A stretch of DNA of 53,606 nucleotides, counting the filler, from Bipalium vagum (Eukaryota): the NCBI GenBank assembly GCA_037834085.1. It is 3 parts of 3 records of this genome, joined end to end, with 100 filler letters (N's around TTAATTAATTAA, not from the genome) between each part and the next. Parts side by side here need not be neighbours in the genome. Positions count along the whole stretch, not along the records: positions 18,474 to 37,837 come from JBBMKC010004291.1; positions 37,938 to 53,606 come from JBBMKC010153104.1; 1 more part is not named here. One strand, given 5' to 3'. This document shows, one piece after another, positions 24,287 through 38,104 of this stretch. The notes beneath the pieces were generated by a model. The model made no database searches. It had not been told where the DNA came from and was given only the letters and a program-made list of their open reading frames with translations. Position 1 is the first letter of the stretch. Each line of letters starts with the position of its first letter. The translations under genes and the position numbers were made by a program.

Positions 24287-27200
24287 ATGGCTACATCATT
24301 GAATAATATGATAGATGGATGGAAATTATGCCCAGGTTATGAATTCCTGGTAAGTGTTGACACATATTCAGAGAACGTGGTCCTAGTAACTGGATTTATT
24401 GGTTCTAGGAAATATAGAGGTGCATTGTTAAGGTGAGTAAAATGTACTTGAAAAGTAACCAATAATTTCAGGAAATATTGAAATTGTTAAATTTAGTTAA
24501 TATTTTAATTAATAATTAAAAAAAACTATTTTACTATCTTTGATAATTTTCTTTTTCAAAAAAGTTCTGTATTTAACCAAATATAATTTTGACTTGATGA
24601 TTTTGTTTTCCATAATTATTTTTTGATTCATTGTTTTTTTTATTTTCAATGAAGATAAAATATAGAAAAACTTTTAATCTAAAGTCGAAAAGTATTTGCA
24701 AATTAACTTCCAGTTTCGGGTCATAATTCTTCGTTGATTTGGATCAGATAAAATAACGAATCTCTAATTATATTAAAGTAATAAACTTTGTTATTCGATT
24801 ATAAACGTGCTTTAGACTAGATTTCCAATTTTAATTTTTAAAAAAATCAATTTAAATTTTTAATTGAAAATATTAAATTAAAAAAATCTGTTATTTTATT
24901 CTTTCAAGAAATCAGTTGATAAATTAAATGTTATTAAAAATAAATTTTCAGAGCTTTTTATTCGTCACGACAAAATACGAGATAATGTCTAAATATAATC
25001 ATTATAATCAAAAGATAATAAAATTCATAGATTGAAAATATTGATTTTTATCTTTGATTTGTTTTATCGAATCAATAATTTTTTTAGTAATTTTCTTCAG
25101 TAATAAACCAAAAATCTTACCAAATGGCACTTTGAAATGTCGACAGCTTCAAATTTATTTTTTATTGGTCATCTTTGTAACGTACATAAATGGGGACAGT
25201 ATTGATTTTATGTCGAACTTTTGATTTCCAAAAATGGAAAGAAATAAATATTTTTTTTAAGAAATTGTTCATTTTTTGTTTGTTTTTATGAGAAAAACGA
25301 TCCTGCCTAATTTTTCCAGATCGCTATCACAGCTATCACTGACTGTGATCTTAAACCAACTTTGACATAAAATTCAACTATAATTGTTTTTTTTCTTGGT
25401 AATTTGTTTCATGTTTTTTTGTCCAGCCTAGCTCCAAACTCCATCAAGGCTTGCGTGTCCGACAACGTGTTCAATAGCGACTTCTCGGCCAAAAACTGTC
25501 ACTCGCTTGCCGCCAATATGACAATTACCAATTACTACTCACACTCCAAACTCAAGCAAGCCGATGTAACTATGTTCTCTATCAACAACAAACGTGCCAA
25601 AGAAAATTACGTGTGCGCCAATTGCAAGATGAAGATTAGTTATTTTACGAAGAAAGAGTCCAAGATGGTCCAGTCCGCGGACTTGTCGTTAAAGAAGTCT
25701 TCGAATGGCACAGCCAGCAATGGAACCAGCTGCGATATCACTTTACTGAAACAGACGCTTTCATATCCAGAAATATCAGAAGACAATTTGCCTGTTCATG
25801 GAATGACCGTCGATCATGGGAAAAAGAAGTCGTTGGTCACATGTCCGGAAAAGAGTCTCAAACCATTGAAGAGAAAGAATCAGCTGACGACGAATCACGC
25901 TGTTCAAGAGAAAAAGGTCAAAATCAATAGTTCTCCACCAAAAGAGACACGGTCCGGTAATGAGAATTGCGAAAAGATCGTTAGAATCGATGATAATCCT
26001 GCACCGCCTCCACCTCCACCGCCACAATCATCACCAGTATCAACAGAAAACTTAGAATTAGAAATGAAGACAGTTGTCGCTGAGAGAAGCGATGTCAGGC
26101 AAGAAGAGAAAGAAAAACGAGAAGCACAAAAAGAATCGATACAGGTGGCGGTGGTGGTCGAAGTTCCCGTTCAATCGTCGCATTGTGAAAAAACGACAAT
26201 TAACAGAGATATAAAAACGGAAGTAATAATTGACGCAACTGAGAAAGAAGTCGAAAAACAAAATGCTCCGCACAGTTATGACGAATATAGATCAATGCCT
26301 TTGTCGCTGAGCACATTAAACCATTTAAACGATAATGATTGGACGAGCGACGATTCACTGAACAATCGAGAATGTCCGAAACCGAAAAAGATTTGGATGA
26401 AAATGATAGAAAACGAAGACTTTCAGAAATTGATCGACCCTGTTCCGCATCCCATCCCTCCTGGCCAAACGTCTGCTGATGTTATTGTTAAATTAGAAAA
26501 AAGGGGTCCTCAGGGTCCCCACCACCATCACCACATTGTCCACAACAACAGCAACAAATTCAGCCACGCCAATCGAAGTTATAAAATCAAACAAACGCTT
26601 CACGATAAAGTGATTTTGACAGTGGAAAAGCGACCGGAGAAGCACAGACACGACCCACTTCGGTCCAAGCCACTGGAAAACGTTTTTTCCGATGTCTATG
26701 CATTTTCCGAGGAAACGGAAAGTCTGATGACGACGTCGACAACCGTGACGAACACAACAACGTCAACGACAAAGACAACATCGTCCATTGGCACAGCTGG
26801 ATCGAAAATAAATAATCACAAGTGCTTGTTGATGGATCAAAACTCTTTTTTGAATTCGGTTTTTGAAATGGGCAAAAAGGACCTATCCACAAAATTGATC
26901 AATAATTCTTCCACATCGTCACAGACCGGTTCCTCTGCGGTCGCGATCACATCATCCACAAGGATCAGTTCAAGACAGAGCGATTTGAAGGCAGAGGAAC
27001 ACGAGAACGATTCCGTCCAACACACTACCAATACCACAACAACGACGACTACAGCAACCACTATCGATCAGCTGGCGACGACAATCAAGATCGAGCTCGA
27101 CTCCAACAGAAACGACCAAACCGATGACGATATGCAATTTTGTAAAGAAAACAGTCTCGTCACATCATCGATGATTAATACGTGCGTCAACAGTGCAGGA

Positions 27201-27536
27201 ATCGCTTTTAATCTCAGCGACATCGTTTGGGCCAAAATAACCGGTTACCCTTTCTGGCCAGCCAAAATAATTTCATTCACTCAAGAAGATGATTCTTTTG
27301 TCGGTTGCATCGAGTGGTATGCATGGAACGAGATTTCGTTCATTAAGGTCAACAGTCTTTATCATTTCAAAACGTTCTTCTCGTCGAAATATCAAAAGCG
27401 GAACCGAAGCGGGAAATATCAGGAAGCGGTGAAATTAGCCAAGTTGGACTGTGGAATGTCAGAAGATCACGATACCAAGAATCTCGGTTCCATTAAGGGC
27501 TCAGACACGGATTCTTGCACGTCAGCGTCGTTGTGA
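24287..27536 (+). CDS. PWWP2A/PWWP2B-like PWWP-domain protein; exons 24287-24432 and 25427-27536
   Basis: C-terminal PWWP domain DIVWAKITGYPFWPAKI...IEWY...LYHF. The upstream exon MATSLNNMIDGWKLCPGYEFLVSVDTYSENVVLVTGFIGSRKYRGALL resembles the conserved PWWP2 N-terminal block. The AG|GTGAGT donor and TCCAG acceptor join in phase 2 in frame. Confidence 0.85.
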
Positions 27537-28692
27537 ATTTTTTGAGAACAAGAGATGATGAAGAGCAGACTATTTTGTTTAAAAAGAAGAAAGGATTGGT
27601 GCTTATATTTTTATGAAACTAAAATGAATAATAGATATTTTTGTACATTTTATCAATCTATAAATAAACCTGATTTGTTGCTTTTATTTCACTGTTTCTA
27701 TTTGAACAAAACATGGAATGATTCCTTTGAATAAGGTTAGTTGAAGGTGGTTTAAAAACAATAATTAATTTCGAAAGATATACATTCGATTTTCTTTTTA
27801 AAAAGTTATTTGTTTTAAGAAATTTAGTAATGATTTAACAATAATACTCTAAATTCTTTTTAAAAATAAGGATAAATAAAATTTTAGAAATAAATTCAGT
27901 AAAACAACCTTTAATTATTGACTAAAATATAATAATTTTATTTAATATTCAATATTTTTATCTATTTAATTGAAATATATTAGAAAGTCAGATATTAAAT
28001 AAATCCTAACAGGTTAAAATTTTAATATTTTTGATACAATGACTAACTGAATATAATATAAAAATTTTAGATTTACCATTCATTGATAGAAAATGTTGAC
28101 ATTTGAAGTTAAGGTTAAATTTAGTGAGAGCAAAAAAATATGTTAATCTATGTTTTTAAAAATTATTTTGTTACCCATCATTAAGAATTTTTCATTGGAA
28201 TTAAATATAAGCCTACATTTTCAGAAAATTTAATTTATATTTCATTTTGACTAAATTTTTGGAGTTCTTAATTTATGGAAGATTAACTAAATAGAGTGCA
28301 AAAATATATGATTTTGATATAATATCAAGTGAACCACAGTTATAAAAACAGGAATTTATCTAAATACATTTTAGATAGAATAAAAATATAAAAGAATTTT
28401 TAAAATTAAATTTTTTAATTTATCCATCACTTAAAATCTATGAAATCTTGATTATTATATTTCCATAAATATTTCATGGATATCAAATCTTGATTGATTT
28501 TTTCTCAAGTTTTAATATATTTTCAATATTTAAATTACATATACTTAGAAAATCAGATATTTTGTTATCACTTAACTTCTTAATGATTGCATTTTTCTAA
28601 ATATAATGAAAAATTGTTTAAACGATTAACTAATTCTCACATGATTTGAAATAATTAATTAACCGAAAATATTTGAAAATTCAAAAAACCTA

Positions 28693-31600
28693 ATGGATCC
28701 ATTTGCATTCAAACTTACATACGAGTTTTCCCTATGTCCTACAAAAATAAAATTAAATCAACTTCATAATTTTTTAAAGAATTATTCACTCGATAAATTA
28801 GATAGTATTAAGTATTTATTTTTTACCGCTTATCTTACAGAAATTCGCAAGACAAGGTAAAATTTGAATTTCTTTAATAACATATGATTTTTATATTTTA
28901 GTGATCTTTCAATAGATTGTATTGTAGAATTGCTACATCTTTTAAAATCAATAAATTCATATGACGATGGAAAGATTTTATCAATTGTACTAGAAGAGAT
29001 TTGTACTTTTATACAAGTGTATCTGACAGAAAAACAGGGAAAGAAAAAACCCGACGATTTTGGATGTCTCAACATTGGTTTATCTTTAGACATTTTAAGA
29101 ATGTTTCACACGATATTCCATCACATAAACAACCATAAGTATTGAATAATGTCATCTAGATTTCTTTCTGAACGATTTATCTCAGAGTAGAAGAGGTCGT
29201 TTATTCTCAACGATGCCTGTTGTTGTTAGGATACGTTGTTTCCTTTCTCCTGTTTCACTGTGAATATTTCAAAGAGAGACAAGTGCAGAATGAAGCCCTT
29301 GATTCACTGGATGCCCTTTTCACTGCGAAACCGAAACGAATCGTTAATCGAGCAGATATCATCGTTACATTTGCGCCGGGAATTTTTCAATCTCTAACTC
29401 GAATAGTGAAAGCCGATCGCAAGACCGGATCTCAGGTTAAAAGTGTAAGTTTTTTTTATTTTGGTCGATCGATAACTGATAATGTTAAGAGAGCCGTCAG
29501 ATGCTTAGCAAAGCTGATTGTGTTGATTTACGGAGAACAGTCATCAGTTGGTACAAACGTTGTCAACGACATCAGGAAAGTGTCCGACAGTGTGTCAGGT
29601 AACAAAAACCGTTACTCAATTCTCTGACATTTTTTTCGGTCTATGCAGAACTCAAGGACATTATGGTTGTCAGGGACGAGCGGTGGCGGAATTCGACTTG
29701 GGACAACATCGTGAAGATTATACAGATCACCAAATTTAGTATTCTCGAATGTTCAGAGGAGGAACATTGGCGAGTCAAACTGGAGCTGGTTAGGATGAGT
29801 ATTTCTATATTGGAAAATTGTTCCTGGTGAGAATTTTTGATATTGTCATGTTCGAATTTTTTTATCAATATTGATTTTCCATAATGATCGATAAATGAAC
29901 TTTTAGTGCTGGAACATGTGCTGCACATTTAATCGAATGCCTGATCGCATTGAAATCTGATTTGGATCAGGTTGTTCGGGAAGAAGCTGATAAATCCATA
30001 GCTAAAGTTGCATCGATGGTGTTCCGTGTTCCGATTTATTGGGACGTGGAGAAAAGAACCAGTTTGCCGGTTATCCATTCCGGTAAATTGCTTTTGTCCA
30101 TCGTAGTGCAAGAAAATGTTGATCGGCTCGTCGAATCCATGAAAGACTTGCGTAACATTGTGTCCGATCAGGTCAAATGTAACATTTTGCAAGTTCTCGA
30201 TGGATTTCTGTCTATTTATGGTAGATCGATTTTATTATTATAAAAATTTGAATGTTGATTATCATTATTTTTATTATTATTAATGATTTAAATCCTCTTT
30301 ATTTGAATGTTTTATAGTTTGGAATTTTTTTATGAATATTTTTTCTAAGATTTGCAATTTAAAAAATCAATATTTCAAAAAAAAATTAAAATCTGGTGGA
30401 TTTTTGCAATGAATTCGCGTACTTTTTGATTACTTATAATTGATTTTCTGGAGTGCTTTTCATATACAAAACAGAAATTATTGATTTTATATTGATATTA
30501 TAGTTAAGCGATTGGTAAAACACAGACAAATTTTGAAATCAGGTCGATATTTTTTGTTGCGAGAGGAATTATTTTCGCTTATTGACTTTAAGAAAGGGTT
30601 ATTTATTTTTCTTATGGAATTAGTTTTTTAGGAAAACAATGTTTTCCAAAGTTAATTGATTTAATTATTTTTTAATTTTCTTTTATTTTGAATTCCAGAA
30701 AAAATTATGGATTTTTTTATTAATCGTTACGAAATCGACACCAGTCATTTTTATTTTTAAAAATTAACCTATTTATTCGTTTTTTATCTATGGATTATTG
30801 ATTATTATTATTAAGATTTTTTTCGATAATAATCATTGATAATTATAATAATAAAAAATTATTGATTTCACTTAAATGGTCAATTAGAATCTAAATTTTA
30901 GATCAATAGTTTTTTTTCAATATGGACTCCGAATGTCCTGAATTTATTATTACTATTGGTTATTAATAATTATTTTTAATGTGTTTCAGTCGATGAAAAA
31001 TTGTCACCTCTTAGCTTTGTACAAATGAAACGAATAATTTATCATTTGATCGATATCTGTAAACTGGACTATTCGTTATTGGATTTGTCGGAACCGCCGA
31101 CTGCTGAGATCGAAGAGGCAACCTTGCCATTTCAATTCTGTACTGGAAATAATTGTGAATTCTTTCCCAAACGATTTTTGCACTTCAACAATGAACGAGT
31201 GTATTCAATTGTGCAATCGATAATATCTCGCATCTCAATTTCAGGTAACAAATACCATAATTTATATCAGTGGAGATAATGTCTCGAATTTTAGGCCTGT
31301 CGAATTCCCTGACATCAATGCTCCAATCGTTGGCTGAAGAAAAGCCCGATGACATGGCCACGATTGTCTTGTTGACAAAATTGATAATCCGATCTGTCAC
31401 CAATAGCAGTAAGTAACAATTCTCATTCGAAAAACAAACCAATAGATATTCTTTTGAGTTATAAATCAATATTATTGAGGTCCTTGGCATGAGTAGTTCG
31501 AAAAGTTGTTTTATTGATTTTCAGTATTCTTTAAATTTTAAATTATTGATTTAAAAACAATTTTCACACATATTGATTAAATAATTTATATTATGTATTA

Positions 31601-34600
31601 ATTATAATTATTTTTATGTGATTTAAATCGATAAAATAAAATACATAAATTCCCACATAGAATGCTGTTATTATTGATTGTTATTATTATATGTGTATTG
31701 GTTATTATTTTGATGATTTTTTATAATTACAGTTAATAATAACACATGTTAATGTTGTTAATAATAACTTATTATTATTATTATGTTTATATAATTATTA
31801 TAATTATTAATGTTTATTTTAGATACCATTGAACGATCTAGTCAAATATCCCTTGTCAAGTAAAATTTTTTTCATTTGATTTCTATATAACGTCTTCATA
31901 TTTATCTGAAATTCTCTTTTTTTTAGATCTATACTCAGCACCTATTTTGATTTCGAAATAATGAATATGGAAACGACAATAAAACTCAATAGCAATGTAG
32001 CTGGAGATTTCTGGACCGATTCCGTTGCAGCCTTGACATACAATGGACAAGTTCAACCTAAAGAGGAACTCATTACTGTTACCAGTTCCGCGACACAAAA
32101 ACCGACTCCGGCAATATTGAAACAGAATTCATTGGTTCTCGCAGTGATAATGGAGCTTTGTGCAGCATGTTGTCTAGTTCGTCTCTTATCGATTTCTCAA
32201 ATTGTGATCGATATTTTTTCTTTCTTTCGTTCTTATAGTGTCTCAAGCAGTGTTTCCTTGGCGACGACGACGATGAAGTTGATAGTTGGCTGATGCGTAC
32301 TTGTCTGTTTGAGGTAATGAACAAATCCCAACAAAGTCCCCACATTTTGTCACTTGCCTCCGCACAATGTTTTTATGCTCTTTCTACGGTTCACAAAAGA
32401 TATGATTGGTTGGTTTAAAGTTTTCAACCGTTCCGCTTATTATGTGTTCTTCTGCTGTCCTTCTCGTGGCGTTTTCTTCTGTGCAGTTCTTTGTCGACTC
32501 TTGTCAGAATCAATGCTGACTACATAATGGACTCTATAGCCCGGCGACTCAGATCGACAGCTTTGATGTTCAAGAGTCGCCGTTTAAATGATACCGTTGC
32601 TGTGGCACGAACCGAATCGGCTTGTCGCTGCCTCGTAACACTTTGTTGTAATGCTGACAATGAGATCATTCCGTTTCTGGAGATTATAGTACAGCAGGTA
32701 TTTTTATCCACTAACAAAATCAATTAATCGATTTTCAGATGTTCTATTGTATCGATGAGACGCACGGTTTCGTTGTCAATGAACTCTTCATGCAAGTTCT
32801 CAAACAAATCACTTTGGCCGTTTGTAGATGGAGGAAAACCATTCTTACTCCAGTTTTATCGATCAAAGATTCTGATTTGGTAATTTTCATATGGATTTGT
32901 TTTGTTTGGTAGTTGTATTTTTAGTGGCAACTACGTTTTTCTTGGTAACTCCAATTTTTTAAGGTCGTCAATGAATCATTGTCCAATGTGTTGATAGTAC
33001 GGCAATATCTGATTGACAGGAACGATTTGCTAGTGTCGTCCGGATTTAGAAAAAATTTAACTGACGAAACACTTTCAGAAAACCCATTGGACCAGAAAGA
33101 AGAATCGTATTTTACCGACAAGGAAGAAGAAGCGCTTGAGTCGATCAAACCGGAATTGTCCAAGGAAGTTGTTCTTATTCAAAATGTCGGTACATCATGA
33201 TTTAATATTATTATTTTCGATGTCATTATTTTCATTATTATTACAACTATGGTTCTATCAATATTATGATGATAGATTGAACATCGTGATGAGTTTGCCA
33301 ACCAAATAGCACCAATTCAACGTCTATCTTAAATTTATTACTATCCATTTTATCAGACAATTTTTCAAGCTGCTCATTTCCATAAAATCTGTCGACCGTA
33401 TTGACTTTTATTATTAATGAGGAAAGTTCCGAAGATATTTTACAATTAGATCATGGAGATTTGCATCATTCTGTTACATATACGAATTTTGTTTTCCTCA
33501 ACTGTATCAAAATATTTTTATGGTCAATAACATTTATGATTGACAATATTTAATTAGTAATCACATATTTAATGATCAAAGTAAAATTATGTTTTTTCAT
33601 AGTTAAATATTCAGCCCAAGAAGTATGATACATTTCTAATTTACTGACCTAGAAAATAAAATCAATAGTAATTTTTAAATATAGTAAAAATTGATTAAGT
33701 TATAATATTTTTCATTGATTGATCGAAAAAAAAAACCTTTAAATCTCGCTTAAATCTTTAAAAAGTATTTGCGGCCAAAGTATTAAATTTAACTGAATTC
33801 GATTTGTCCAAAATATTTGTCTCAATGTCTGTGATTCGAGTGGTAAATGTGAAATTATTTGTGTGAATTTTAAGCATTTTGCGAAACAAATTAGAAAGAT
33901 TTATTTTGGTCATTTTAATTAAAAATTATTTTTGTTAAATCAAAAGCTATCTTTACAATTTGATATTGTTAAAATATCTTTAAAATAAAATATTATTCAG
34001 TATTTTTCAAATATTAAATGAGTTCGAAAGTAAAATTAAACAGTTTACGAATGTATTTCAAATTACCAAAGCAATAATGAAAGTCTCTGATGACAATATT
34101 TATGAAATTCCAAGAAAAACTATTGTACTACATAGTACATTTTTAATTAAAGTTTCCAAGTTTTTTTATTAATATATTAAATTTTTGTTAGAATAAGTGA
34201 AAAATTATTGATTAAAAAATGTCAGTTATTCAAAATTGATTATTTCTATTTATATAACTTATCGTATAATATTTTGAAAACGTTTTCACGAAGTATGTTA
34301 GACAGTGCATATTTACTGTTAAAATTAAAATGTGTTCCAGATTGCCTATCGATGTATCAATCTCATGTCCCATTCTAATCCTCGTATAAGGTTGTCGTGC
34401 TTGGACATTCTTAATGATGCCATTGTCGTTCTGCAAAAAGAAGGTATAAATTGACATTTTTACATGACTTGATGATTTTGGAATTAATAGAAGTTCTCAA
34501 TATTTTGATCCATAAGGTTTGGGAACCATTGGAACACCGACTGTGGGACAGAGAATTTCCAGTGATTATAAAAGTATAATTTTTCTTCTGATTATGTTCG

Positions 34601-36266
34601 AAAAGAAAAAGTATAACGCTTGTTCAACTTTTAGGCTTTTGATTTGGTCAATACAATTTCTCAATTGTCTGGAAGCTTTCTCTATACGAAAGTTAGGACG
34701 AATTTTGTTTATAAATTATCAACGCTGTTGGAAAGATGTGCTCGGATCAAGTGACCTATTTATGTTACCACCCAAAAACCTTTTTGACTGTTCTTTTTTA
34801 ATTTTCAGTTTGTCTCAACTCTCTTCTATGAGATACAGCGGTATTTATCGATTGCAGAAAAACCTGATTACTTTTTTATCAAATTTATGTGTCAGAGTAA
34901 CAGTTTTTATCTCAATTTTCTTACCAACAATTTTCTTTTTTAACTCAGACCGGTATTCACAGCCTGGAATTAGAAGAGGCTGTTGATTCTTTTTTACTCT
35001 TTCTCAGTGATCAACAGCCACAAGAACTTAGAGAAGTAATTTTTTTTAATGACAATTTTCTTTGATGATTATCTACACAAAGAAAGATGTTTATTAAGAT
35101 ATCTTTCTAAGTTAGTATAATTTCAAAATTATTTCTTGGTTCTCTGGTCAATCTACATCAAATTATATTTATAATACTATTTCATTAAAGAACGAGAAAA
35201 GAGTAGTAATTTAAATGTTACTCGAAAATGAGTATTTAAACAAAATCATATAATTTATCAATTAATAAAGGAAAACTTGATAAAGCTTTATTACAATAAA
35301 TCATTATCTTTAATCTGTCTACGAACCAAATATGAACATTTTAATATTAATTGTTACAACATGTTGAAATCAATGATTTCATAAATGTGTGGTTTCAATA
35401 GTTTTGGTTCACCGTGATCATTTTGTACATTTCAGAAGATAAATCCCTTTTGTTTATAAGCCTTTCATTTTATGCTACAGTCTGAATATGGTGTTATATA
35501 TTTGATAAGGAAAGGTTTCATCTTATTTAAAAAGCATTTTTGAAATTTAATAATAAAAGTACTCATTTAAATCACATATTCTCAGTCAACAATCTTTTAC
35601 CATTTTACAGATTAAGTTATTATTCTATCACAGAGAAAAGTTTCTTTTGAACTTTTCGTGAAAAATTGCACAAATTATTCATTACATTCCTGTTTAGAAT
35701 CGAGGAGGGAAATTTTTACATAAATAAATGATAGTTTGGCATTGAATGCATTACTTCCAAACTAAGGTCGTTAAATCTTTGTTGGGACACAATCGTCTTT
35801 TCTTTTCTAAATCACTTCTTTTAATTTTGTTAATTGATCATAATACTGATTAGTATCGATCGATTTATTTTTATATCTTAACATTAATAATTAATTAAAT
35901 ATATTTTCCACCAAATATTAATCTATGAGTAAAATTAATTTATTTTTTCAATAATTTTCAAATTAAATCTATTAAACTAAAACCAAAAACAGACCTTAAT
36001 CATCTTTTTAAGGCATAATATTTAATCTTATTTTTTATTTTAAATTCTTCATGTTTTTCCAGATTTGTGAAATGTCTTTGAAATCGTTATTTAAAATCGA
36101 TCCTTGCATGATATGGTTCAAATTATCTCAGATTGTGACTTTGAATGACAGAAAATTGGAAAGTGGTGCCAATCAAATATTTGGTCATGTGTACCATTCT
36201 TATGATTCACATTATTTGTCAAATACTCAGAACTTGCTAAGGCAGTTCAACAGAACTATTAAATAA
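28693..36266 (+). CDS. TTI1: TELO2-interacting protein 1 (TTT complex HEAT-repeat subunit), multi-exon, apparently complete
   Basis: Spliced exons give FAPGIFQSLTRIV..KTGSQV, EHWRVKLELV..ILENC, LVRINADYIMDSIARRLR, CINLMSHSNPRIRLSCLDIL, IHKVWEPLEHRL..VIIKAFDLV, FLSDQQPQELRE and IDPCMIWFKL, colinear with conserved TTI1 blocks. ATG at 28693; the GT-AG junctions checked keep the frame. Confidence 0.9.
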
Positions 36267-36798
36267 AGTTTGCATTTTTCTTTGAGTTTATCTTGTTTAA
36301 AAACAGTAATTATTAAATTGAAGAAAGGTATCTGATCCCCTTAGGACCAGACTTTTGAAGATCTTAAGTACTTTTATTAATAGATATGGTATATTTAATT
36401 GTGATAAAGTGTATTATTGGCTGGACGAAAATTTGGGTTGAATTTAATAACTTAATTTGCATATAAGTATAAATTAAGAATAAATAACTTGGGTGTATAC
36501 GAAAGTTTGTAATTCTTTTTATTAACCTCAACATTTACAAAACTGAATGTTTATAATTATATTAATCTGCTGAACTAATAGTCATGAAGTTGAAATCACT
36601 GAAAATAATTTTTATTATTGTTTTGTAGTTCTATTTAATTTTTCATATTCTCAGTCGACTCAGATTGATTAAATTGTTTGATTTGTTGTGATATATTCAA
36701 ACTTTCAGTGGCTGTAACTTATTTTTCATGTTAAACTGTCGCAGTAAGAAACCTATTAAACATAGGTACTATTTTTTACAGTTTAATTTTTAATATAC

Positions 36799-37015
36799 AG
36801 GGTGTCCATAAAAGAATCGTACAAAAATGAAAATTTATTGTAATTATGAAATGAATACATTACATAATTTATTTACATAGAAAATTAACAGATGTATAGG
36901 GTATATGTATAAATTTTTAGCACATTAATCATTATCAATGCATTTCAAGGTGATAGTCATTTGCTACGCGTAGTGTGTCAAGCAGGTAATTAATCTCAAC
37001 CTGAGCTTTCTCCTG
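36799..37015 (-). mobile_element. 3' end fragment of a DD41D/rosa-type mariner-like element
   Basis: TA-CAGGGTGTCC TIR near 36797. The minus strand reads VEINYLLDTLRVANDYHLEMH*, similar to the DD41D C-terminal ELDYRLDVxRATNGAHIE motif. Confidence 0.55.
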
Positions 37016-37837
37016 TACAGTTATCTTTAAAAATATGAAACGTGTATAAAAGAAACCCATGTATGGAGTTTAATAATAAATTCCAATTGAGTATCAAGCT
37101 TAAAATCAATCCTTTTGCATGTAAAATAATGAATTATCCTATTTTGATTTTTTGCGACTCTTATGGTATATAATTTTTAGAAAATAAATGAAACCAGGCA
37201 TAACTCATTTATACTGAGACATTCCTCAATATCTTTCGGCTTCAGTAGAGCTTATACCGTTATATCGTTTAATTTGAAATCCAAAAGTTTCCTATGCGTT
37301 TTTTGGTAACGCATCCATGGCTATTTTGTTTTCATGCTTCTGGTTATAGCATGTACATTTTTGGTGTAGTAGCCAGTTCTTCTTTACTACACATTTAAAC
37401 GACGTCAGAGTTATAAAAAGTATCTATTCAAACAAAACATAGTTACGTAACACGCAACTTAAGGTATTCGAAAATAATATTAGGGTGTCCCATAAAAAAT
37501 GAGCGTTTTTGTTATAATGACATAAATTAAAGAAAATAATATTAATAAAATATGGATGGTGTTCACATTAGATGAAGTATAATAAAAGACTAAATTTGAC
37601 TGATATTTTTATAAAAAATAAATTGAATTGTTACAAAAAATATCAAATCTTATATTTCAAAAATTTTCATCATTTATGATAAAATGTAAAATACCAGATA
37701 TTTTTTTATAAATAAGACTGGATCCCTCATATTTACAAAAATAATAATTCCATTAGCGAGCCTATAAATATGTGGTACACAAAGGAAAACGTGGGAGAAA
37801 AAGATTAATAAGTAAAGCAGGTGCGCTATCCATCAAA

Positions 37838-37937
37838 NNNNNNNNNNNNNNNNNNNNNNNNNNNNNNNNNNNNNNNNNNNNTTAATTAATTAANNNNNNN
37901 NNNNNNNNNNNNNNNNNNNNNNNNNNNNNNNNNNNNN
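37838..37937. other. Artificial contig linker N44-TTAATTAATTAA-N44
   Basis: Same 100-nt structure as 18374-18473. Confidence 0.97.
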
Positions 37938-38003
37938 CTTAATGTTTGCACTTTTTAATTAATTATAATTATTATTTTTAGTATTATTATAATCATTTCA
38001 TTT

Positions 38004-38104
38004 CCGACCCTTTTTTGGTCTTAATAATTAATTTATTAATATTAAAAGTATTCCAGACCCTTCTGCGGTCTTTAATATATAATTTTTACAAGGGTTAACC
38101 CAAA
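38004..38104. repeat. Dispersed structured repeat, copy 2
   Basis: gacccttttttggtcttaataattaatt...gacccttctgcggtctt...tttacaagggttaaccc. Colinear with 23730-23849, but the hairpin interior is missing. Confidence 0.72.

Noticed and set aside
25776-27061. Several antisense ORFs within the PWWP exon
   Set aside because: Shadow frames of a GC-richer coding exon with no recognisable motifs.
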